From NCBI GenBank assembly GCA_965235115.1, contig OZ249436.1, positions 19,284,001 through 19,348,000 on the forward strand: a stretch of 64,000 nucleotides of DNA, read 5' to 3'. Position numbers and translations under genes: made by a program. Below are positions 53,119 through 64,000 of this stretch, in pieces. Positions within the stretch are counted from its first letter, which is position 1, and each line of letters opens with the position of its first letter. The notes beneath the pieces were generated by a model. The model made no database searches. It had not been told where the DNA came from and saw nothing but the letters and a program-made list of their open reading frames with translations. The DNA comes from Laetmonice hystrix (taxonomy: Eukaryota).

Positions 53119-55100
53119 GATATCTACATCCTTGTAAAGACATCATGGTCGAGGGGTTCGTACAGAAACGCTATGGATTTATAATCTGATCTTATTTGAC
53201 AATGAGGCCATCTCAAATTTCGTTGGATGATTTACATGGCATTATCTTGTAAACGGTCCAAGATAGTACATATTCATTTCCAACTCGAATAAAAAGTCCT
53301 ATATGGTCTTTCATTTGGTACTCTTTGTGATGACGTAAGGGTTAGGGTTAGGGTCCTTACAAAACAATATGTAACCACTGTATTGTACATAATAAGAGAA
53401 GCAATAAGTGAGCTATTGTATCGTATCCTGTCAATGTAGACTTTTCGCCTTGGACCATGCTGGGGTGATCAAGATTGTTAATCGTTGTTCGTGTACGGAA
53501 TTTGTATTGTTGTGGTCATTTATCTGACATGAAACGCCACTTCATCTTAATTTCGTTTTGTGTACCGTTGTTGTAACTCACTGACCCTTTTAATATGAGG
53601 GTTAAGTTGCGTCACCATGGGGAATATTTAAAAAATATTAGAAACAAATGATAATTCTCGCAGCACAGTTGGATATTATCACAAACGCCCTGTCCTTGGC
53701 AGGTTGCCTAACTCCAGGAAATCGACCGAAACCACAAGGAAATGTGACAGGCCTTAGCAACCACTTGAGACGCTTCCCCTGACTTTGCGCGGGGTACTGA
53801 ACAAAGTGGGGCACTTAAGCTTGTTTACGAATCTCAACTTAAGTACCCCACCTGCCTCAGTGGACTGGACTAGATTTAAGGGGTCTTAAATTAAGATTCT
53901 CCCAGATATTTTTAATAATTGGGGATTCCATTTCTTACATATTATTATAATTTTTTAAATCTTGAAAAGAGGACCTTTGCTGGCGTTGTGGTTAGCTTAC
54001 TCAGGTACCTCCCCCCCCCCCGCCTACGGGCCTGCATTAATTGGATTTTGTATTAGATCTATGAATACTAACCGTCTCCTATGATCCAGATGTTGAATAA
54101 CAACAGGACAGAAGTAATTGTATAATGCCACATAATTGTATAATGCCACATAACCATAGATTGTAAACCAGTATAGTTCACTGAATTTTACATGGAAACA
54201 TTAGAGCCTCTAATTATACGGGTATAAACGGTGGTTAGAGCAGCTCCGAACCACTCTTGCCAATTGTACGATACAATCTGGTGGAGCGTCGTTTCATTTC
54301 AATCTCATTATTTCACTGGGTTCCCTTCACTGCGGCGAGGATTACTTATAGGATACCATCTTAAGCCCCATGATTTACATAGCTCGCCCCCGACTGTCTT
54401 TCTCTAGTTCCGCCTCTTAAAAGTGGGTGTAGAAATATATCCATCCAATGATAATAATGCTTTAAAAATCTCAATCGTAGCTTTTCTGTTCATGAATACA
54501 TTGTGACATAAATGATGACTGCGGAGCGTGGAAAGGAGACGCGAGTAAGTTGACACAGTCATGAAATAAACTCTTTCATAATGGTGCACTGCAACCTCTG
54601 TGCTTTCAGAGATGTATACAACTGGCATCATATTCACTAGCATGACAAGGACACGATACAATATTCACTGTAATTCTCAACTTGTTGACGGATACACACA
54701 GCTACACGCCTTTAAGCGAATAGACACGTTGTCCTCAGTACGAGCCGTGTGATGGCCGGGGTGCCTGTTGGTTGTAATCACTGATTTGACCCTCACCAAT
54801 GTACAATCAGGATCCAGATCAATATATTCTAATTGAGAGAGGACGTCGCGGATAGGACCGATGAGAGAGGCGCATTAGTCTTTTAAACTTGCCACATAGT
54901 AATCCATTTCAATGGCAATAATTGCATTTTTTCTTCTTGCCCTACTTCCCGGCTATTTTATAGTTTGTTTGAAGCAATAATCTGTGCTTGATATCTCGAT
55001 CGTTCATCAGATATATGGTCGTTAGCGTGAGTACCCCGCATCGGTGTATGGTAACGACATTAAAAATACAGATATTGGATTTCTACATATGCCATTCGTA

Positions 55101-57244
55101 AGGCAGACATTCCGCCAAGCCCTTGTCCTCAGACAGAACCGTGGGGCAGACAGACAGAACCGTAGGGCAGACATTCTGCCAAACCTTGTACTCAGAGAGA
55201 ACCGTGGGGCAGACATTCTGCCAACCCTTGTACCCAGACAGAACCGTAGGGCAGACATTCTGCCAACCCCTTGTACTCAGACAGAACCGTGGGGCAGACA
55301 TTCTGCCAACCCTTGTACCCAGACAGAACCGTGGGGGCAAACATTCTGCCAACCCCTTGTACTCAGACAGAACCGTGGGGCAGACATTCTGTCAACCCTT
55401 GTACCCAGACAGAACCGTGGGGCAAACATTCTGCCAACCCTTGTACCCAGACAGAACCGTGGGGCAGACATTCTGCCAACCCGTGTACTCAGAGAGAACC
55501 GTGGGGCAGACATTCTGCCAACCCTTGTACCCAGACAGAACCGTGGGGCAGACATTCTGCCAACCCCTTGTACTCAGAGAGAACCGTGGGGCAGACATTC
55601 TGCCAACCCTTGTACCCAGACAGAACCGTGGGGCAAACATTCTGCCAACCCCTTGTACTCAGACAGAACCGTGGGCGAGACATTCTGCCAACCCCTTGTA
55701 CTCAGACAGAACCGTGGGGCAGACATTCTGCCAACCCGTGTACTCAGACAGAACCGTGGGGCAGACATTCTGCCAACCCGTGTACTCAGAACCGTGGGGC
55801 AGACATTCTGCCAACCCTTGTACCCATACAGAACCGTGGGGCAGACATTCTGCCAACCCTTGTACTCAGAGAGAACCGTGGAGCAGACATTCTACCAACC
55901 CTTGTACCCAGACAGAACCGTGGGGCAGACAGACAGAACCGTGGGGCAGACATTCTGCCGAACCCGTGTACTCAGACAGAACCGTGGAGCAGACATTCTA
56001 CCAACCCTTGTACTCAGATAAAACCGTGGAGCAGACATTCTACCAATCCTTGTACTCAAACAGAACCGTGGGGCAGACATTCTGCCGAACCCTTGTACTC
56101 AGACGGATCCGTGGGGCAGACAGACAGAACCGTGGGGCAGACATTCTGCCAACCCGTGTACTCAGACAGAACCGTGGGCCAGACATTCTGCCAATCCTTG
56201 TACCCAGACAGAACCGTGGGGCAGACAGACAGAACCGTGGGGCAGACATTCTGCCGAACTCGTGTACTCAGACAGAACCGTGGGGCAGACATTCTGCCGA
56301 ACCCTTGTACTCAGACGGATCCGTGGGGCAGACATTCTGCCAACCCTTGTACTCAGACAGAACCGTGGGCGAGACATTCTGCCAACCCCTTGTACTCAGA
56401 CAGAACCGTGGGGCAGACATTCTGCCAACCCGTGTACTCAGACAGAACCGTGGGGCAGACATTCTGCCAACCCGTGTACTCAGAACCGTGGGGCAGACAT
56501 TCTACCAACCCTTGTACCCAGACAGAACCGTGGGGCAGACATTCTACCAACCCTTGTACCCAGACAGAACCGTGGGCCAGACATTCTGCCAACCCTTGTA
56601 CCCATACAGAACCGTGGGGCAGACATTCTGCCAACCCTTGTACTCAGAGAGAACCGTGGAGCAGACATTCTACCAACCCTTGTACCCAGACAGAACCGTG
56701 GGGCAGACAGACAGAACCGTGGGGCAGACATTCTGCCGAACCCGTGTACTCAGACAGAACCGTGGAGCAGACATTCTACCAACCCTTGTACTCAGATAGA
56801 ACCGTGGAGCAGACATTCTACCAATCCTTGTACTCAAACAGAACCGTGGGGCAGACATTCTGCCGAACCCTTGTACTCAGACGGATCCGTGGGGCAGACA
56901 GACAGAACCGTGGGGCAGACATTCTGCCAACCCGTGTACTCAGACAGAACCGTGGGCCAGACATTCTGCCAATCCTTGTACCCAGACAGAACCGTGGGGC
57001 AGACAGACAGAACCGTGGGGCAGACATTCTGCCGAACTCGTGTACTCAGACAGAACCGTGGGGCAGACATTCTGCCGAACCCTTGTACTCAGACGGATCC
57101 GTGGGGCAGACATTCTGCCAACCCTTGTACTCAGACAGAACCGTGGGGCAGACATTCTGCCAACCCCTTGTACTCAGACAGAACCGTGGGGCAGACAGAC
57201 AGAACCGTGGGGCAGACATTCTCCCGAACAAGTGTACTCAGATA
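55101..57244. repeat. ~42-bp minisatellite (~50 copies) with a 778-bp higher-order duplication
   Basis: Unit GCAGACATTCTGCCAACCCTTGTACTCAGACAGAACCGTGGG. Identical ORFs recur at offset 778 (55892/56670, 56040/56818, 56056/56834). This explains the 725, 558 and 325-aa ORFs. Confidence 0.97.
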
Positions 57245-57672
57245 GGGGCGGATCCAAGAATTTTGAAGGGGGGGGGGGTGATCCTGATCTACCTGGGGAT
57301 AAGACTGGGTCACACCTCCAATCCGTGGGTGCCACAGAGGGTACAGACCCTCCCCCGCCCTCCCCTGATCTCCCTGGGGATAAGGCCGGGTCACGCCTCC
57401 AATCCGTGGGTGCCACAGAGGGTACAGACCCCCCCCCCCCTCCCCTGATCTACCTGTGGGTGCCACGGAGGGTACAGACCCTCCCCGCCCTCCCCTGATC
57501 TACCTGGGGATAAGGCCGGGTCACGCCTCCAATCCGTGGGTGCCACAGAGGGTACAGACCCCCCCCCCCCCCGATCTACCTGTGGGTACCACAGAGGGTA
57601 CAGACCCTCCCCCGCCCTCCCCTGATCTACCTGGGGATAAGGCCGGGTCACGCCTCCAATCCGTGGGTGCCG
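57244..57672. repeat. hAT-like MITE terminus followed by a composite ~80/~50-bp tandem array
   Basis: AGGGGCGGATCCAAGAATTTTGAAG(G)n, then alternating long and short units containing GTGGGTGCCACAGAGGGTACAGACCC. Confidence 0.75.
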
Positions 57673-58809
57673 CAGTTATTCTGCGGTGGTTGACTGATTA
57701 CCCTGAGCCTCCAGCTCTGAGCTCATCCGTCCTTGTTATCAGCTCAGAGCGAGTATTAATCCTTGGTTTCCACCTCGGTAAGAATAGATCTGCCGTCGGT
57801 TTTGTTGACAACCATTCAAACAGAAACAAGGCAGATTCTGGCCGAGGGCGATAATTGCACTTCTTGCCGGTTAAATAGTTTTCTGACAAATTCTGTTTTA
57901 ATGATTCCAATTCAGTTGTTCAGTGAAAAGAACAAGTAATATGTCCTGCTCTGGACACAATACCTCTCGCTCATCATTCCGGCCACAGTAACTGTTTATG
58001 TTTTACAGCTTGATTCGCAAGTGAATGAAGACTGACCGCGCGCTAGAGGAACTTCGGTACTGATGTGATGTGATACATAACGAATTTGATTTATTTAGGT
58101 TCCTTTCTCCGGATTACGGTCTCTCATAGAATCAAATATTGGGGCCTGGAGGTGCCAACGTATTCCGAGCCATGGGTTTCAACGACACTCTTTGCTGAGG
58201 ACTTGGTGGCCGATCGGGTGTCACATGAAACGAAATCAGCAGTCTCACCACGACATAATAGATGTCACGTTTTGACAGCTGGCATGTACGAATACCGGCA
58301 GCAGAATTATTGCAACTCCAGCTGGCTAATGAGGAAAACAAACCCAGATAGTTCTTTAATTGGTTCCATAATACCGATAAAACAATAGAATGAGAGAGGT
58401 AATGCCATATGAGTCGGGTGGACAAGATGGAAGGGTTATAATCTCGTTACCCTGGGTGATAACGTCAGGAATGGACAGGGGTCGGGATAAGGTAAAGGTT
58501 ACTGTGTCTGCCACCTGTGGACTCGATCGAGGCCGAGGCCTTTGTTTGAAGTTTCTATTTCTGACGGATTCACATTACTGATGAGCGGCGTGCCTTAGTG
58601 GAATCGATATTCAGTAATTCTATATCGCCACAGTCGATTTATAATTCAGGGCGTATTAATCAGCAACATTCGCTATTGTAGTCCATCTCCAGATGTAACC
58701 TTATTCCTATCATCGTCTCTTAAAGAGAACTTTATGGCTGCTGACAACTTGGTCTGAAATTTGATGGATTACAAACTTTGGCACGTGATGAGAAACCTCA
58801 GTAAACCAT

Positions 58810-58881
58810 GCGTCACGTGACTGACTGATCCGTCACGTGACTGAATGATGCGTCACGTGATTGATTGATCTGTCACGTGAT
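58810..58881. repeat. 4 x 20-bp tandem repeat, each carrying GTCACGTGA
   Basis: GCGTCACGTGACTGACTGAT-like unit repeated four times. Confidence 0.85.
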
Positions 58882-61236
58882 CTTCATCGACGCTGTTGGT
58901 TTTTTTACGTCTGTACATTTGGAGAGAGAATCCTCCAGGAGCGTCCGTTACGTGATTGTTCCAACCGTTCACTTATTGTTCAATCTTTCAAAATACCAGT
59001 AGTTCCGTCGTCTTCCGGCCAGCCGTTACGAGAAGGACGCCTTATGATTGACAGCTCATTAACTCTCGTTAGAGGGCGCTGTGAAAGCGACGCCTTCCTT
59101 ATAGCTTCCGTGTAAACCATTCTGATTGCCTTCAGCTCGATCCCAAATATTCCGTGACCAATTTGAAATGTTACAAATGGAGGGGATAATTTTCGAGAAC
59201 AGCGACTGCCGCAGAGCCAACCTAAATACTCACTCCAGTGGCACTGATTAGCATTCAATTACTCTTAAGCGCCGAGGATAAACGTGTTTTTTTTACCCGA
59301 GCTTTCGCCAAGCCACGTTGAGTAAGCGCTTGATCGCACGATTTAATCTAAGTGGCCTGTAAGTGCCTGTATTGGTACAACTAGTCTTGCATTAGAAAAT
59401 GCTTTTTGTGATGGTCACACATGGATTACATGGATCAAGCTAAAGTGGCCTCACATGGTCAACAAACCAACACGGACGTATAATATATAAAACATGTAGG
59501 AGAACGGTCGCTTTCATTGGCAGGAAGGATATAATATACGTTAATAGACCTCTGATAATCTACCACAGCCCGCTGCGCACGTCACCGGATGTGGTGACCT
59601 ACATATTAGATAATACAGGCCAAGGCCTGCTAAAGATGATGTACCGGTATATTACATGTAGGCCTATGCCTGTATGTATTGACATCAAAGTTGTGACACA
59701 TACTTGTGATATTGACGAGAGAACATCCAATGTACCTGACTGCAGTTACCCCGCCTCCGTCTCCTAGTAAACCTAGAATGGATACAATTGGCAGGGAATC
59801 AGTGATGTAAAAAACACCAAGTACGAAACAGGGCAGCGATATCGATTTTTTATCAACGGTTATGTCGTAGAACTTGTGTATATCTACGAGTATGGAGACA
59901 ATGAGGTATCGTTGCCAGACTGGACAATGGGTCAGTAAAAAACGATACTTGTCCCTGTTCAATTTCCCAGGCCATGTAAGCCTACACCGCGGATTAAAAT
60001 TAAGGGTGTCACACTCAGAGAACATTGATGACGACCGCTTCAGATGTTACATCCACGTTTCTAATAATGATGTGTTTGATGTAACATGATGTGTTTCGAT
60101 CTATCCAGTTTACTGGAACTACCCCAACAACAAACGATCGATCTCAACATTTGTTAGTCTAAGTCGTCATGTAACTGCCACTGCGCCACACCTAGATCTT
60201 GACATCATACGATTTGATAATTGACGCTACAATATTTATACACAGCACTTGTAACCGACGTGACTTCGTTACCCTCGCGCCACCTATCGGGCCGCGATCT
60301 AAGTTATTACATAACACGGCAGTAAGCATTGATATCCGGTTATGAGAGCCCTTGTGGTTACGACCATGGGCTGTCGATCACATCTAAGGCCATCAGTGGT
60401 CAGCGCCAGGGTTCAGAATTAGGGAGGGGGTGGGGGGTCGAGCCTCGAACTGAGAACAGATAAAGATATTTACACTCTAATATCATGGTAGCTAGTGTAC
60501 TCTTCTATTGGTTTACATACCGTACTTTAGAGCAGCCTCCTCTTAAATTTACTCAGAGTAAACATGCATGCCAACGTGTTGCTGAACATGCGGGCCGCGA
60601 GAGAGACACTGAATAGTCCTCGGAGTTTACTGATTCATAATATATTCTTTACACAAAATCCATGGTTGCTTACTGACGTCACACACCTCACGTGACCGGT
60701 CACGTGATGTTACACACTGAGTGACCCCGAGCTAGGAGGTCAGACACCTTGCCGGCGTGGCCCACGAAAATTCTAAATTTGAGCATGTATAATAAATATC
60801 ACGAGAGGTTTGAAGGACAACGAATGCGCATGAATACAACGCATGTACATGTCGACCTCTCCTTGGGGTCAAAGGTGATACCTATGGGTCAGTCAGAAGG
60901 GGGTCAGTCGTAACATTACCAATTTTTATACAGTTTGAAGCCAGTCACTTGTGGTATAGTATCTTATAATATTTCCATTAGCACAACGATATGAGCAAAC
61001 TTAATGAATCGTGCCTCTGACGTGTATATGCCAGAGCGCCATTATGGTATGTTAAGTACTGTCAATGACGAGTTCATTAACCTAGAAATCATACACCTGC
61101 GATCGAGACAGCTGCTGCAGCCATATATAACTGGTCCTAGAACAAGGACGATTTAATATATAGATTAAGACCCTTTTTTGCACCTGACGTCACACATCAA
61201 CGTGGAACACAGAAGGCATGTATCTAGCACGGACGA

Positions 61237-61820
61237 TATCTTCCTAAGACAGAAGGTATCTTCCTAAGACAGAAGGCATCTTCCTAAGACAGACGGCAGC
61301 TTCCTAAGACAGAAGATATCTTCCTAAGACAGAAGGTATCTTCCTAAGACAGAAGGTATCTTCCTAAGACAGAATTAGGTATCTTCCTATGACTGAAGGC
61401 ATCTTCCTAAGACAGAAGGCATCTTCCTAAGACAGAAGCTAGGTATCTTCCTAACACAGAGGGCACCCTCCCAACACATAAGACACCCTCCTGACACATA
61501 AGACAACCTCCTTACACAGAAGGAACCCTTCTTACACGGAGGGAACCCTTCTTACACAGAAGGCAACCCTCCTTACACAGAAGGAACCCTCCTTACACAA
61601 AAGGCAACCCCCCTTACACAGAGGAACCCTACTTACACAGAAGGCAACCCTCCTTACAGCCCTCCTTACACAGAAGTCAACCCTCCTTACGCATAGCGAA
61701 CCCTCCTTACACAGAAGGCAACCCTCCTTACACAGAGGTAACCCTCCTTACACAGAAGGCAACCCTCCTTACACAGAGGGAACCCTCCTTACACTGAAGG
61801 TATCCTCTTGACACAGAAGG
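61237..61820. repeat. 20-21-bp minisatellite in two sub-families
   Basis: TCTTCCTAAGACAGAAGGTA units (to ~61450) grade into ACCCTCCTTACACAGAAGGCA units. Confidence 0.93.
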
Positions 61821-61949
61821 TTTCGCAAGAACTTAACAATTGAACCCTACAGAGGCAGTGAAAGGGAAACTGTTCAAAAGACGTCATGGCAACCGTTAGC
61901 AAGGATCTGTGTGGTAGCAAGATAAGAAGTTAGAATGTTAGAATCTTAC

Positions 61950-61974
61950 AGGGAGAGGGAGAGAGCGAGAGAGC

Positions 61975-62058
<84 letters not shown>
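61950..62058. repeat. (GA)n microsatellite
   Basis: Read directly from the sequence. Confidence 0.98.
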
Positions 62059-62060
<2 letters not shown>

Positions 62061-62361
62061 TGCCTCACACTCTTAGCGACGGAGAGTTTGTGGATCAGAA
62101 CGGTATATGATCCGACATGAGATACACAATCATGCTGGATGACAAATAGTTGGGCTGAGTTGAGTGTAATCAAAGATGTATCGCGTGTATTAGTGCGACG
62201 ACTCTTATGACTAAATAATAGATCGATACGAGGATAGATGGGCCAAACCGGTCGTAAAATGTCGACGGCAGTGCCAACGGTAGGCAATGGGTGAACAAAG
62301 CAACAGGGCACTCATTGTTACATAGAACACCGTATTTCCCAATCTTGTAAACATGGCCAGA

Positions 62362-62735
62362 TCTGTGTCTCTGTGTCTCTGTGTCTCTGTGTCTCTGTGT
62401 CTCTGTGTCTCTGTGTGTCTCTCTGTCTCTCTCTCCCCCTCCCTCTCTCTGGCTCTCTCCCTCCCTCTCCCCCCACTGTCCCCCCTCTATCCCTCTCTCT
62501 CCCTCTCTCTCCCTCCCTCCCTCTCCTGCTCTCTTTTCCTTCCTCTCTCTACCCTCTCTCTCCCCTCTCTCTCCCTCTCTCCCTCACCCCCTATCTCTCT
62601 GCTTCTCTGTCTCCCTCTCCCTCTCTCTGTCTGTCTCTCTGTGTCTCTGTCTCTGTGTCTCTGTCTCTGTCTGTCTCTCTCTCTGTCTCTGTCTCTGTGT
62701 CTGTGTCTGTGTCTCTCTCTCTCTGTCTCTCTCTC
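62362..62735. repeat. (TCTGTGTC)n/(CT)n pyrimidine-rich microsatellite
   Basis: Read directly from the sequence; this explains the SLSL/CLCV ORFs. Confidence 0.97.
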
Positions 62736-64000
62736 GTTCGATTGTTTGGTTGCCTTCGATGGTTTCGGAGAAACTTCTTTCACCCTGACCGCCCTTGTCC
62801 TCACCGTGCCTGGATCACAATCGAAACCCTCAGCGTGCAAAGATTCCGATCTGGGTGCAGGGAGAGTAATCATTATCCCCCAACTCCCTGTGTGGATGTA
62901 TTGAGGTGCATGACTCTCGTGTTAAATATGACCTACACGTAAAATTTTAAGGGATACAGTTTCACAACACGGGTCATTACATCGCTAGTACTTTACGACC
63001 CCCTTCCACACCACAAGTATTTGTTTCTGAAACATGCATCCCTGGAAGTAGCTCTCAGTACAATTATTGTAATCAAGGTAATTAGTGACTAGAGACCTCC
63101 TCAACTCACCTCAACGATCTGACATGGGTGTGTGGTCCCTCCTTGAATGACGTTTCGGTTATAGTATTATAGTATTCATCAGTCGACCCCCCCCCTCCAA
63201 TAAGGTAAATATACTTTTTTAAACTTTTTTCGACTGCATTGCCCATTATCATCTCATCATTTCTATACGTTGTTAAACTACATATATAAATGTATGAGGG
63301 CACAACTTTAACTTCGGTTTTTGACCGTGTTGTGTATTATTTTCCTGAAAAAAGATGTTCACCAAAAAAAAAAAAAAAAAAAAAAACAACCTAAAGAGCT
63401 GTCAGGTTTAAATACGTTGACACATGTATTTAGTTAAGTAGCGGCACAACACTCTTAATTTTTAAATTGCGTACGAATCAATGAAGGGACAAACTGTTAG
63501 ATTCGTTTTTTTCTCAAATTTTCAGACATTGTAGACCTAATATCAACGACTTTATAGCAATGAGGACCATGGTGATCGGTCGGTCGGGATGGGGACAGTA
63601 TAGGGGTTAACATGCATGTCGTGTCGTACATACGTGGGCGGCTTGAACTTGGAGTCATTGCTATACTGTTAGAATATCTGGTTTGCTCGCAGGTGAAGAA
63701 GAGACTGTTTTGCCTCCGAATTCGAGAAGGTCATAGGTATGTTGAGAAATTTGATGTGAACTATGTGCCTGTGCGTAGGGGGAAATTAGACTATTTACTG
63801 CTCAACTATTCATGCGCGATGTCGCTTTACACGACTTTGCGCAAATCCTGGGGAAATGGCCGCTTCATACATCCGAGGCCTGCACCACGATTGTCGTGTG
63901 GAAAATCGTGCGGCTGTGTCCACTAAGACGATTCTTCACAAGAATTGTGGCACTGTCGGCGATGCATCGCCGATGCCCATACGACGTGAAATCGGCTTAG

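Noticed and set aside
53338..53353. Telomeric (TTAGGG)n
   Set aside because: Only ~2.5 units, which is common inside transposon fragments.
55044..57498. 725/558/327/325-aa ORFs
   Set aside because: Stop-poor 42-bp repeat with frequent frame-shifting unit-length variants, so no frame is preserved.

Overview
This is a repeat-rich, apparently gene-less stretch of a eukaryotic genome. The SINE and MITE types suggest a marine invertebrate such as a lophotrochozoan, which is an inference. Positions 1-9880 are the end of a tandem macrosatellite with a ~2235-bp unit: four nearly identical copies plus a diverged terminal copy. Each unit contains a 30-bp minisatellite, a 158-bp LTR-like segment and a palindromic MITE. 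The rest of the window holds more than 20 unrelated mini/microsatellite arrays and several non-autonomous DNA transposons with clear TIRs/TSDs (Harbinger-like, 9-bp-TSD MULE-like, CACTA-like, hAT-like). It also has a 5'-truncated Meta/RUDI-type SINE with a 15-bp TSD and a decayed LINE ORF2 3' fragment. I found no credible host protein-coding gene, rRNA, tRNA or CRISPR array; the long ORFs in the track come from stop-free tandem repeats. I cannot support a novel biological system from this sequence. The best leads are the macrosatellite architecture and its switch point at a hairpin, satellites built from transcription-factor motifs (RFX X-box pairs, CLEAR/E-box), and the recurring hairpin and polarity pattern in the minisatellites.
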